A stretch of 64,000 nucleotides of DNA, from positions 293,384,001 through 293,448,000 of the forward strand of contig OZ024743.1 of NCBI GenBank assembly GCA_964016885.1. Direction: 5' to 3'. Made by a program: the position numbers and the translations under genes. Positions 1-13,830 of this stretch are shown piece after piece; position 1 is the first letter of the stretch, and each line of letters opens with the position of its first letter. Source of the stretch: Eledone cirrhosa. Taxonomy: Eukaryota. The notes under the pieces are model-generated. The model saw nothing but the letters and a program-made list of their open reading frames with translations. It did not search any database and was not told the origin of the DNA.

Positions 1-1419
1 GGAATTAAGCATAAATTTTACAGTTGAATTAAAATGCTTAAGTCTCATGACCATATTTCTAATAAAATACACTGTATTTCTATTTCAATTAATTAATGAA
101 GAATTTTGAAGGATTTACTAAAATTATTAATTATTTCATTACTTAGGTAGTAACGTGATGTAAAAAGTTCTTATATAAAATTATGTTGGAAGATTTTAAT
201 TTAATCAGAATCTTTTAAAATGGGTGATTTGATTTCATAGAATCAGAGCTTGTTTTGGCCGAGTTGGTAACAAAAAGGTTAAGGAAATGTGTGTAAACGT
301 ATGCACAATAGCACACTAAAACCACATATGTATACAAACATGACGACATAAATAACTATATTTGACTTCAGTTGTTAAGAATGAACAACATGAACACATT
401 CTCTTATTTACAAATTCATTTACTCTCTCATTGCAAAAGTATAATGCTCTCGCATTCTCAGAAACGTGCAAGCATACACAGAGGTATATATATATGCATA
501 CGGATGTGTGTAGAGAGAAAGAGAGACGATTTATCTACTACAAAAACACATTTAAATTATATATGTGCATGTGTCTGTGTATGTATGTGTCTGTGTCTAT
601 GTATGTATAAGTGTGTGTGTGTACAATTGTATGTATGTATCTATATCTATCTATATATATCTGTGTGTGTAAATGAATATATATATATGTATTTATTGTA
701 TATATATATTTATATGTATGATAAAATGTACATATTTCTGCTTATTAATTATTATTGTCTGTTTATTTTTCTATCAACTCTCAGTGGAACATCTGCCCAT
801 CTCTCTCTCTGTTTTTCTCTCCCTCTCTCCTCCCCCTCAGGATATATGGGAATGTCCCAATTTCTATATATCGTTAAGTCAGTCACTTGAGATTAACTCT
901 TATGAAATATTAATGAGACATTGTAGAAACACAGAAACATGGCCAGCAACAGTAACAACTAAAATAATAGCAACATCTACAATAACTGCAACAGCAACAA
1001 CAGTAACCATAACAAACAGTTTTTCATTTTAGCAATCATATGTGAAGCTATTCCAAATGGAATTCAAAAACTCAGCTGCAATGATTATTATTATTATTAT
1101 TGTTGTTGTTGCTGTTGCTGCTGCTGTTGCTGTTCTCATTTTAAAAAAAAATATATATTCACAATATGCATGCATGGAAAAACGATCATAACATTGAATA
1201 TAATGATTATGATGACGATGATGATGATGATGATGATGATAATGAAACTGTTAGCAGTGGCAGAATTTAGTTAAGTGTCATTCAAAATATGCTTTGCAAT
1301 CTCTTTCATGTTCTTTGTTCACATTTTTTCTAATGGACAACCACAAGAGAAGTGATAAGGTGGCAGATCATGTGTGATGTTGGCAAGTGGTAGATGGTCA
1401 TCTGCGTGCCATGGATTAA

Positions 1420-1900
1420 AAAGAACGTTGATGCTATGATTTCACAATTAAAGAGATTAATATGAACAGGTTTAAGTGATATCAAATAGTAGATGTCATC
1501 TGAAAGCTATGGAAGAGATAGAACGTTTGTGTTATGGTTTTACATTGAAGGCTGAAATGTGGCTCCTCCAAAGGATCCTTGAAGTACCATTAATCAATAG
1601 AGTTTGTAGCTCAGAGATCAAAAAGTTTTCCAGTTATTCTAGGTGGAGCTGCTGCTTCTCCGAATGAAGAAATCACAGCTCCGATACTACAGACATGTTG
1701 TTAGTGTGTCTAAGGAAAGTATGACAGGATGGATTTTTATGTGCACAAATCAACTGGTGCGAGACCTAGAGGTCGATCAAGAGCAGGATGTTGGATAACA
1801 TCCGTGAGCTTGGTTGATCTCCTCAGGTATCCAGCCAAATCAATTGGAGATGGTTGCTTGTAACAGGACCTGCTGAAAGGCATGTTTGAGAACTCTGTCT
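1420..1900 (+). mobile_element. Very degenerate RTE-like LINE remnant
   Basis: AEMWLLQRILEVP..RV followed by degenerate GRRP.GRSR..W-like 3' coding sequence. Confidence 0.45.
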
Positions 1901-2379
1901 CCTCAACACCCCAAGCATAAGTGGGCAAAGAAGATCGTCAGAGCACTGGATTTGGGCAGGAGAGATACCCGCCCTTGTGGCAATGCCATCAGTTGAGAGA
2001 TAAGTGAAGACAATATAGGTGATGGTAGGAGAGGTAGAATGATAGTGATGATGAAAATAGTGATAAAGAATGATAGAGGTGGAATTAAGTATAGATGGCC
2101 CAAAATATCACATCTCACTTCATGGTAGCAGTTCACATTGGATACAGAACATAGGTAACGGATATAGCAGATAGGACAGTATATGGATGAGGAGTAGGGT
2201 TAATAGAGATATTTTGAACTACCTTATACTAGCAAGCAATGATTCTTTGTCATCTGTCATGCATTTATGTTTTTTGCAGTCACCACTTTGGTCTAATGTC
2301 TTCCAGAATCTACCCTTTCCAGAAATCTCATCTACTATGAGCGCCCTGCACTTTATACAGCTGTCATCTTCCGTATACA

Positions 2380-2660
2380 TCACATCATCATCATTGATTA
2401 ACGTCTATCTTCTTTGCTAGCATGGGTTAGACACATCCATATAAACTGAATCTTCTCTTCTGCACACCACATCTGATTCCTTTTATATCTAGTATTTTGC
2501 TCAGCTTGTTTATGCTTTGTTGTTCATTCTCTTTAACAATATATATCCACTGGAGCATACTTGCTTCATTATTTTCTAGTCTTAGCAAATCCCCTGCACT
2601 CAAGGTCCATGTCTCACTGCTATGTAGCATCACAGTTTCAATACAAACATCATGAAGTCT
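2380..2660 (-). mobile_element. Old RTE LINE remnant
   Basis: MLHSSETWTLSAGDLLRLENNEASMLQW. Confidence 0.75.
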
Positions 2661-3330
2661 ATAAATGGGGGAAGGTAAAATGAAAAAAAAACTGCTTGAG
2701 AGTATTTAGAGATTCTAGTCATGTATATAAACAAACAAGACAAAAGATGAACTAAATTTGAACAAATCTGTATGGATGTCTCCTTAATCATTTATTCTCC
2801 CCAAACATACACAGCATGAAGCAATCTATGTAGTAGAAATCATGTTTTCTAAATACGTCACCTGCTTCTTGGTCCTGGCTGACAGGAACATTCCAGTCCA
2901 GAGTGGTGGATTGACAGAATTGTTAGTATTGAACAGCATACTTGACAATATCTGTTGAAACTCTGGTGTGTTTTGAGTTTATATCCCGCCTCATGTCATT
3001 GGAAAAATGGTGGCATTATAAAAAGGGCTGGGTTGTGGGTGGCACTACCATTAACACCCACACTCCACACAACACAAGAGGCTTTCTAAGAGTTGCAAAC
3101 ATATAGGAGGCTGGTTAAACCTAACACAGGTGTTGGCCATAACAACAACAACTAAAACAGCAACATATAGCAATAACAAAATCGTAGTAACATTTCAAAA
3201 GCTTGACTTTCTTTCTGGTATTAACAAATGCACCAGTTCTGAAGGATTTGCTGACATCTCACTTTATAATGTAGAAACAGTGACCCGCATTGGAGTTCCG
3301 CTCCATTCACATATTTGGAGCAATGTAGTT

Positions 3331-3361
<31 letters not shown>

Positions 3362-3503
3362 TCACACGTACATCATAGCAGCTATAGTCACACTATCACA
3401 AATACATACACTATAGCTGCTATACACACACACACATTTATATATATATACTATAACTGCTATATATACACTCTCATAGATATATTTTTATAGACTATAG
3501 CTG

Positions 3504-3541
<38 letters not shown>

Positions 3542-4052
3542 TCTCACACATAGATATATAGACTATAACTACTATATATACTCTCACATACATACACTAT
3601 AGCTGCTATATACCCACTCACATACACATGTACAGTGTAGTTGTAATACACACATACACACATATTCTAGACAGCATCTATCAAAAGTTTAACCAACTAC
3701 TTTGGTAAACGTTCACTCTTTGCTCTACCACAGATTACAACAGTGGTTCTCAAACTTTTGGAGCCACTGCCCCCCATCCCCATCCCCACAACCATTTAGT
3801 ACCCTTAGTGCTCCCCACCCCTATTTCCAGCGAGACCTGCCTACATGCAAATTGTGAATAATATATAATAAATAAAATTGTTAGATGTAGGGAAGTTAGT
3901 ACCTTACTTACTGAAAACAAGTAATGGTTGGCATCTGAAAGGACATCCAATACTGCCTCCAAAAAATCCTCATTCTACCTCTGCCAACAGGGAAAAATGG
4001 ACATAAAATCAATGATGATTACAATATGACTGAGAAAGTATTTTGTTGTTTC

Positions 4053-4208
4053 TTATACAGCTGTATTTTCACTTTACATCTTATACAGCTGTATTTTAAA
4101 TCTACACCTTATACAGCTGTATTTTAAATCTACATCTTATACAGCTGTATTTTAAATCTACATCTTATACAGCTGTATTTTAACCCTACACCTTATACAG
4201 CTGTATTT
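4053..4208. repeat. 28-bp minisatellite, ~5.6 copies, with palindromic ATACAGCTGTAT core
   Basis: Units start at 4053, 4081, 4109, 4137, 4165 and 4193. Confidence 0.95.
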
Positions 4209-5309
4209 GAACCTGTTGAAACTGGAACAAAGCATTGGTCTGAATCTTCTACTTAAAATATTGGCTGGAGATATATATTTACTGTTATTTGTAGGAAACC
4301 AGATGGAGCCACATGTTAGTTTAGACTTGGTTTTGTTTTTAGTTTATTTTATTTGCTACCATTATTTTCTCTTTTTTTCAAACATTCAATGTATTAAATC
4401 TCAAATAAAATTTTTATAAATTTAAATTGCTGATATCACAATGGGAAGATAAAAATGAGGAAGACAAAAAGTTTTGGTATATTTTATTTTAGAAGAATAC
4501 AAGGGAAAGATTGGGAAGGGAGATAATGGGAATAGTTTCTAATAATAATATAAATAATATAAATGATAATGGTAATAACAATAATAGTAATAATAATAAT
4601 AACAACAACAAGAATAATGTAATAATAATATAACAATAATATGCTGATGATGAAGATTTAGGAAAACAGGGCAGAAGTACTTAGTAAGAGGATGGGAGCT
4701 TTAACTTAAATCAATTTATGAGTTTGTAAGCAGATTATTTAAATTGGAAGAGAGACAGATATATATATAGAAAGATAGATAGACACATATAGATGGGGAG
4801 AGAGAGACACACACAAATAGATAGATTATATGTAGATCTATGGATATGTGCATGCATATCTATTACTGTATAAGGATGAATTAGAAAGAAGGACATATTC
4901 TGTCAAAAGTATGGCATAACATGTACTTACATATATATGCATGCATGTATGTGTACACTAGTATGTATTTATACTAGTCTTAAATACATATATATTTGCA
5001 TACAAATGTGTTTGTGTGGCTATATGCATGCATGCAAAATTTGTATATGTGTGAGTACTCGAATACATACATGTGTATGTATTATGCAATTTTTTTTGTG
5101 TGTATATTTGTTTATATGTATGTATATCTGTATATCATGTGTTTTGCTTTCTATATGAGTATATATATATATATATATATAAGCAAAACACATGATATGC
5201 AAAAGAAAAATAATTTCTCTGTGGAATTGATTTACTGTTTTCTTCACAAAGAAATATTATTGATTTTTAAGCCCTGTTGTTCCCTTTTAACACACGTATA
5301 CACACACAC

Positions 5310-5351
<42 letters not shown>

Positions 5352-5694
5352 GTGTGTATATCGTCTAATCATCATCATAGCAAATATCATTGTCTTCTTT
5401 GCTTTCTTGTTTTCATCAATATTATTATTATAACCATTATTAATATCATTGCTGAAGCTGCTGTTGTTGTTGTTGTTGTTGTTATCCAATCTTTCCTCTA
5501 TTATATGTGTGATGATGGTAGTGGTGGTGGTATGGGAAGTGTCAGTTTCCGTCCTGATGCTAGTTAGTGTTAAAAATAAGATAGGAAAACAGGTTCCATA
5601 ACAACACAACCATTCTTCACTGCAGATGTTGTTGTTGTTGTTGGGGTTGCTTCATTTTTGTGGTAGGTCAGGGAAGGTAGTGGTATTGGTAATA

Positions 5695-5730
<36 letters not shown>

Positions 5731-6207
5731 GTGTGTGTGGTGTATATGTATCTATATTTTTTCTTTCTTGTTATGTTTACCTTTTGTTGAAACTTGAAGA
5801 AAATACAGCCATTATACACACACTCACATACACACACACACATGTAGATGCTTATAGTACCACAAGACATAGGGAAACAATGGCAACAACAACACACAGC
5901 AAATGCTTATAACAATCTAATATGAAATAAGAAAGATAATCTAATGTCTTCTTTCTTGTTATAATATTTAATATTAAGAATATTATTATTGTTACAACAC
6001 ACACATAAACACCTCACTCACACTCGCATATATACATTTACACACATATATGAGGTCTATCAAAAAGGTATCCAGCTTTATTTTTTCCATGAAAAGTAAT
6101 GGCATTTAGGAGACTAAAACATACAAGCTGGTGCTGTACTACTTTATTTTTCAATACTACCAAGAAGGATTTTGTATTCTTGAATACTGTGATAACTCGG
6201 GATGAGA

Positions 6208-6792
6208 TAATAATAATTGTTTCTACTTTTGGCACAAGGCCAGCAATTACCCAGTGCATTGCTGGTACTTTATTTTATCGACCTCGTAAGGATGAAAGGC
6301 AAAGTTAACCTCAGAGGGATTTGAACTCAGAGTGGCAAGGGCCGTAACTCTATGCTGGAAATCATGGTGTCCGACCCTCTACCGATACTGCCAATCCACC
6401 GATAATAATAATAATAATTGTTTCTACTTTTAGCTCAAGGCAGGCAATTATTCCAGTTCATTACTGGTACTTTATTTTATCGACCCGGTAAGGATGAAAG
6501 GCAAAGTTAACCTCGACGGGATTTGAACTCAGACCGTAAAGGGATGTAACTATGCTGGAAAGCATGGTGTCCGACCGTCTACCGATACTGCCAATTCACC
6601 GCCGTTATAGAGTTTCTACTTTTGGCACAAGGCCAGCGATTATATCAGTGCACCACTGGTATTTTATTTTATCGACCTCGTAAGGATGAAAGGCAAAGTT
6701 AACCTCGGCAGATTTGAACTCAGAACGCAAAGGGCCATAACTATGTTGCAAAGCAGGGTGTCTGACGCTCTACCGATACTGCCAAACCACCG
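6208..6792 (-). mobile_element. Three head-to-tail copies of SINE family D
   Basis: Units ~6208-6401, ~6402-6603 and ~6610-6792, each the reverse complement of 53079-53293. Confidence 0.88.
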
Positions 6793-6799
6793 ATAATAA

Positions 6800-7260
6800 T
6801 AATAATGAAAATTATTGTGTACTATACCAATGGTACATGTATAGTACATAGAATAATGTACAAATGTCAGGAAAGTGAACAGTATGAGTCATGATATACA
6901 CACAGATATATGTGTGCATGCGTGTGACGGGGCAATATCAGGTGTAGTGTTGGTGAATTTCAGGAAGCATGGAAGGATGCAGAGTCCTGACAGTTAACAA
7001 TTGATGCAAGTAGCTTGTTCCATGCTTCAGCAACTCTGAGCATGAAAAATATGTTTCTGAAAGTCATAGGAGCTGTGCTGTTTTCTGATTTTGTAAGCAT
7101 GTCCACAGGTGTTAGACACATTGAATTCAAAAAGGGGCTCAAGATTGATGTGGAGCATGATTCGAACACCAAAGCTCAGTCATCACAATAGAAGTACCCA
7201 ATGTCACCAAAGCCTCCTAAAGTACACCAGGTGTGGAGTAGAATCAAGGTGATGACTGTT
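6800..7260 (-). mobile_element. CR1/L2-type LINE 3' fragment
   Basis: Minus translation FRNIFFMLRVAEAWNKLLASIVNC matches the CR1-type C-terminal FF.RV...WN.L motif. Its 3' UTR recurs at ~57625-57735 (+). Confidence 0.7.
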
Positions 7261-7661
7261 TTCTTTGAATACTGAGGTATTGGGCATTTTGAATAATCAC
7301 CAAAAGAAGAAACAGTTACAAAGGAATTACTATCAGGAAGTCTTCTGATGTATTTATTATGTAGTTTGGTGCAAAAGTCTAAATCTGTTCTGTGCACCTC
7401 ATAATTCTGATAGCTGCTTCATGACAACATCCTGGTTCATTTGCCAGCCATCATACTTTCCAGACATGGCTCCTTTGAGCGCTGAGAGGACCATACTGCT
7501 GTGGCTGTTGTTAGGGTTACATCATCATTTGAAAAATATTTTATTTTTTCCTATATTTTATTTCAATTTATGAGTTTACTTCATCTTTCATAGAATTATA
7601 CTAAAGTTCAATATTATAATCTCTCTCTCTCTCTCACACAGATACAGACAGACAGACACAT

Positions 7662-7708
<47 letters not shown>

Positions 7709-8628
7709 AAATTTCCTTTCAATTTTGAATGAAATAATTATAACTGAGCTTTAATTGGTGCATATTCAAATATCTTATATGGATCATCATAAACAAGTGT
7801 GTATGTGTGTGTATGCTATGTGTATGCATGTGATAAATGTATATTTGTGTGTGTGTGTATGTATATATATATATATATATAAACACATAAACACAATGCA
7901 TACAGTATTTATGAAATGTATGCAACCATATTTATCTAATATTATATATGTGCACATACAAATTGACTGTGTATTTCTCTCTCTCTATCTATCTCTCTCT
8001 CTCTATATATATATATATATAGACGCACGTATATATAAACTTGTGTGCTTGTGTGTATACTTTTTTCAGTATTAATATATATCTACAATATTTGTCAAAT
8101 GTTTTTGAAAATAGATGCTTTCACACACACACACACATACAAACTATCTCACACAAACACATACACCAATTAATATATTTGTGGATATATATGTTTATAT
8201 GTGTACCTGTATATCTGTTTGTGTGTGTATGGAGAGAAAGAAAGAGAAAGCAAAATTTAGAGATGGAAAATGTGTGTGTGGAGGTGTCTGCATGTGTGTA
8301 TGTATGTGTATGTCTTAATTGTAAGTCTTAAATTTTCATATCTTAAATGAAATTGACAGACTATCTATTATGTTAAAATTACTTAAATACAGAACGTTTG
8401 AATTAAATTTCAATCAGAATTAATGAGCTGATCAAGAAACAGAAGGATCATTTTTAATATTATCACATCACATCACATCATCATCATCAACGCCACCACC
8501 ACCACCATCATCATCATCATGACCAGAGAGATCATCATCATTACCATAGCTGTCTGTATCAAAGTTATTTTTACAATCATTATGGTGATTATGTTTCTTT
8601 ATTCACCAAATGTTCTGCCTGCTCTCAC

Positions 8629-8719
<91 letters not shown>

Positions 8720-9415
8720 GACCATCTTCACAATTTTTACCATTATCATTATTGATTTTTTTTTTAATTTAAAATTTGTTGTTTTGTGTTATATTTGCAA
8801 ATATTGGGTAAAATGTTAGCTATTAAGATCCTGTACCACTTGAATCTGCATTAGTAAAACATTCTTGAAAAGTACAAAACAGTACCATGATTGCATTACA
8901 TAAATAATTGAAATCTTTATTTCAATACTGCAAATTTTCATGAGGAAAATAAAGGCATTATAAACGTAGGAATTAAAAGATGTTTTTTAGACATTTTCTG
9001 CTGAATCATTTCAGGATATTAAGTTACAATAATTACATCCTTGCTGAGGGATAAAACCCTCAATATATTATTCTCTTCAAAGGACAGTTGGTCATTTTGT
9101 ATTTTTCCTATGTGTATGCAATTTGTGACCACATTATCTAATGTGTCCTTTTCTAAGATGGTGGTGTGAGATTTGAAGGTAATTCAGCTGCTTTTGATTA
9201 ATTCTTTATTTTAGCAACACACAGAATGATGAATGGCAACATCAACCTCAAAGAGATTTGAATTCAAATGAAAAGATCTGGAACAAAATATCACAAAGGG
9301 TTTCAGCAGCTGATGCTCTAATAATTCTGCCAATGTATTATTATTATTAATGATAATAATAACAAAAATATATCATTAAATAAAGAAAGGATGCCTCTTT
9401 GGTGCAGCTAGAACT

Positions 9416-9632
9416 TTAACCCTTTAACATTTAAACCAGACGTATCTGGCCAGAATTCTTTCAACTCTTTCTGTTCAAACCGGCTGTAACCAGTCACTCA
9501 TACTGAAGTTAAGGTATTGTTCTCAACACAAATAATATCAAAATCTCATTGATTCTATATTATGTGAGATAATTATGTGAGGTAAAGCCTTTACCATGAA
9601 AATATAGAATAATGTAAATGCTAAAGGGTTAA
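9416..9632. mobile_element. piggyBac-like MITE
   Basis: TTAA-CCCTTTAACATTTA ... TAAATGCTAAAGGG-TTAA terminal inverted repeats with TTAA target site. Confidence 0.75.
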
Positions 9633-10020
9633 TCCTTTTGATACTAAACTGTCTGCTTCCACTGTTCAAATCGCTTTATTTTACAGTGTTTGTAAATCCT
9701 ATTAAAATTATATGTTATAATATTTGTTGTGTTACAAACACCTGATAAATAATGCTGTGTGCATTCTATTTTGAACATGCATACTGTATCCCTTTATGTC
9801 ATAAATGGTGACAAAAAAGGGTTTGTGTTGGAAAGCCCTCTAACCATAAAACTTTGCTTCAAAAAGGTCCTCAGAATATATATAAAATCTGTCATGGGGC
9901 TCTGCAGTGGTAACCGTAACTGGTTCTTTATTTATATGGATGAAAGGCAAAGCTAACCTTGGGAGGATTTGAACTCAGAACAGAAAGCATGGTGTCTGAT
10001 GCTCTACCGATACTGCAAAC

Positions 10021-10052
<32 letters not shown>

Positions 10053-11392
10053 GTAATTTCTAATAATGATTTCTAATTTAGGCACAAGCCCAGCGATTTT
10101 TTTGGGGGGGGGGGGGGGGGGGGAGAGAAAATTGACTATGCCGACCCCAATAGTTGACCTTGGCAAAATTTGAACTTCGAACATAAAGAGTTGAAAATAA
10201 ATGCCGTAAGGCATTTTGTTTGAATGTTCTAACACTTCTGCCAATCCACCACCCTTGATAATAAAAATAGTTAACCAGCTGTTCCTGTGGAACTTCTTCC
10301 ACTGTTGTTGGTAACTAAGACAATAATTCCTCTGACATATTTATTTCATCATTGTATCATTTGAATCCTTATACTATTTGATGTTTTTAGTAATTGATAT
10401 TCTCCTCATTGATTCCCTTGCCTTTTTTGATATTAACTCATCATCGTTTTAACAGCCACTTTCCCTGCTAGCAAGTGTTGGACGGGTCTATACAGACCAA
10501 GTCAGGAGTGAAGCAGAGCCACTGATCTTCCAGACAGGCCAGGGATGTGTGTGTTAATTTTGTATGGTCTCATATCCCACCGAGTGCTCAGGAGAGGTTG
10601 TCATGCCCTAAACACAACTGGGGATCCTTGTAACGTTTTGTTTGGCAATATTCCTCTGGCTGGATGTCCTTCCTATCATCAACCACTTTACAGCATGTAC
10701 TAGGTTCGTTTATCATATAAATCACCAACACTAGGGAGGTTGTTATGTTGTTGACATGACTGAAGGATACTCCCAACCCTTTGTCTGGCAAGCTTTCTAT
10801 GGCTGGATGCCCTTCTGATCACCAGCCACTATATAGCATGTACCCCACTGTTTTATGTCTGAGAATTGGGCAAAAATCCAAACCTTATTCAATTAGAATT
10901 TGAAGTTGGTGAAAATCATCAAAATATTGACTCCAAATAGAAGCTGATCCCCACTTCTACCATTGATATTTTTGGTCACATATTCCTCACTTATATTCAA
11001 GTATATAGGGTAAATGTTTCACCCTTTACTTTTTTAATTGATGTGGAAACAGTACCTCACACCATAACTACTTCCTTTCCAATAGATGCTCTTCTCTCTT
11101 TCACCCCCCCCCCCCGCTTATCAACATTATTCTCTCTCTCTCTCACTTCCCCCTCTCATCAACATTACTCTCTCTCACTGTCACTTCCACTCTCTCAACA
11201 TTACTCCCCCCCCCCCCTCCTCGCTGATAAACGATTATCTCTCGCCCACCTCTCCCACCCACCAAAACTTTCTCTCTTTTTTCTTGCCTTTTCTCCACCA
11301 CACCCGGAACTCTACCCTATATATGGACCATAAATAAGGTGTTGGATTAATGATATTAAGGTATAGGTATGTAGAGGTCTTTATACATACAA

Positions 11393-11423
<31 letters not shown>

Positions 11424-11615
11424 CCCAGATTTAAAATAAGATGTTTTTTTTTGTTTGGTTTTCTGCAATTTAACATGTTGCTTTTATACTTTCTTTTTTC
11501 TGTCTTTCACATTTGTATTCTCTCTGTGTCTCTCTCTCTCTCTCTCAGAAATATATATATATATGCATGCATATATATATGTGTGTGTGTATATATATAT
11601 ATGATAAGGATTATG

Positions 11616-11663
<48 letters not shown>

Positions 11664-12003
11664 TATATATATATATATATATATATATATGATATATATG
11701 TATATATGATGTATATATGATATATATGTATATATGATGTATATATGATATATATGTATATATGATATATATGTATATATGATATATAAGTATATAGGAT
11801 ATATATATATATGATGTATATCATATATATGATGTATATAATATATATATGATGTATATATGATATATATGTATATATGATATATATATATGATGTATAT
11901 ATGTTATATATATATATATGTATGTATATGATATATATGATATGCATATATATCATATGTATGTATATGATATGTATATATATCATATATATATATAATA
12001 TAT

Positions 12004-12055
<52 letters not shown>

Positions 12056-12260
12056 ATTCAGCCATATAGAGCGAACATTTATTTTCTTTTTATTTGAATA
12101 TGGCAAAACCGGCCATTGATATACAGGAAACTGACTGGCCAGTCTGCTGATATGCAAATCTGGTTGATCTGTTAATATGCAGATTTGACCGATCAGCTAA
12201 TATACAAATCAGATTATATGAAAATCTCATATATTTTCAGTAGCTCTGACAGTTGGCAGG

Positions 12261-12324
12261 TGAACAGTGAACTGTACTGATGAAGGGTGATACGCTGAAA
12301 CATTAGAGTCTGCAGTTCTGTTTA
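12261..12324 (+). ncRNA. Type I hammerhead ribozyme motif
   Basis: Stem I GAACTGTA(12269-76)/TGCAGTTC(12311-18), extendable by TGAACAG/CTGTTTA around a 2-nt bulge. Core CTGATGA at 12277-83, stem II AGGGT-GAT-ACGCT, then GAAAC-ATTAGA-GTC with cleavage triplet GUC at 12308-10. Lies in an ORF-less island (~12050-12595) flanked by (TA)n. Confidence 0.8.
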
Positions 12325-12608
12325 CATGTCAACACAAGAGCAAGATTGAGGGGCTCATTATACTTACATGGCTTTAAGAATGAGCCTTGTTTGCATAATT
12401 GCAAGCGAATCGAATATTATTAATATGTGAAAAACTGAGATTACATTTATATACATAATGATATGATATCTGACATAATTCATTATGTGCCTTCTCTCAT
12501 AGCTATGATTTATAATGAGCTCGGTCTACTCCTTTGAGCTCCCTTGATCATAGAAGACTTGTATTGAGTTTCTAACTCTATATTTCAATTTGATATGTAT
12601 ATATATAA

Positions 12609-12645
<37 letters not shown>

Positions 12646-12735
12646 GTGCGTGTGTATATGTGTGTATGTATATATATATATGTGTGCGTATATATATACA
12701 TATGTGTTTGTATATATATATATATAAATTGTATA

Positions 12736-13051
12736 TCATCATCATCATCATCATCATATATGTCCGCTTTTCCCTGCTTGCAAAGGTGGAACGAGGAACT
12801 GATTCTGGCTTGATTTCTACAGCTGGATGCCCTTCCTAACACCAACCTCATTTACAGTGAGTGCTGGGTGCTTTTTTGCCGTGGCACCTCCACGACCACT
12901 TTGCATCTCATTTCTACAGCTGAGTAAACTGGAGAAATGTGAAATAAAGTGTCTTGCTCAAGGAAACAACACATCACTCGGTCTGAGAATTGAACTCACA
13001 ACCTTTCGATTGCAAGGCCAATGCTCTAACCACTAAGCCACATGCCTCCAC
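12736..13051 (-). mobile_element. SINE family A (internal deletion)
   Basis: Reverse complement of 62870-63219. Confidence 0.85.
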
Positions 13052-13157
13052 ATATATATATTTATATATTTCTATATATAAGTATGTACACGTACATACA
13101 TATATGTATACAGACATACAGTAGTATGTATATATATACACATACATGCACACATAT

Positions 13158-13337
13158 ATTATAATGCTCGGTGTGTTTATAAACAAACAGCCAGTATTGA
13201 GCTGTAGTGCCTAGCAACCATCGTTACTCGTTTGTTCAACACTGACAAAGGAACACTGTACTAGTTTCAAGCTTATTAGCTATCGTCAGCAACGTATACC
13301 TTCCTGCCAGATTGTTGAACACACCGAGCATTATAAT
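13158..13337. mobile_element. 180-bp non-coding element bounded by 20-bp perfect inverted repeats and containing a hammerhead
   Basis: ATTATAATGCTCGGTGTGTT (13158-77) and AACACACCGAGCATTATAAT (13318-37), set in TA/CA microsatellite. Confidence 0.65.
13253..13295 (-). ncRNA. Minimal type I hammerhead ribozyme motif
   Basis: Minus strand reads ACGTTG CTGACGA T-AGCT-AATA-AGCT-T GAAAC TA GTA CAGTGT. Core intact, stem I 6 bp (2 GU), palindromic ACTAGT stem III as in dimer-forming minimal hammerheads, GUA site. Confidence 0.72.
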
Positions 13338-13603
13338 AAAGGTTCAATCAATCCATACATACATATATATGTGTGCATGTAAGTATATATATATAGACAT
13401 ACTACTGTACGTCTGTATACATATATGTATGTACGTGTTCATACTTATATTTAAGTAACAGCCGTACTAAGAGTGGGAAATGAAATTTTGTTTCATTTTT
13501 TAATATATAAATATAAATTGTATATATATATATATATATAAATTGTATATATATATATATATATATATATAAATTGTGTATATATATATATAAAAATTGT
13601 ATA

Positions 13604-13634
<31 letters not shown>

Positions 13635-13656
13635 TGTATATATATATATATATGTA

Positions 13657-13795
13657 TAGCAGCAAGTGCCCACAAACTACTAGCTCTTTCAATTGCGCAG
13701 AGGGTTCTATAGAAATAGTGGACAGCTTCCGTTACCTGGGCGATAAAATCAGCAGTGGGGGAGGGTGCTCTGAAAGTACTGTAGCTAGAGTCAGA
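13657..13795 (+). mobile_element. 139-bp inverted duplicate of the internal RTE segment 14332-14470
   Basis: Identical reverse complement encoding SSKCPQTTSSFNCAEGSIEIVDSFRYLGDKISSGGGCSESTVARVR. Confidence 0.9.
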
Positions 13796-13830
13796 GATGC
13801 CTACTGGCTGGAGTAGGTTTTACTATATAT

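Noticed and set aside
841-877. Candidate exon after a pyrimidine tract (DIWECPNFY or GYMGMSQFLY)
   Set aside because: Acceptor plausible, but the donor is weak and the peptide is too short to support.
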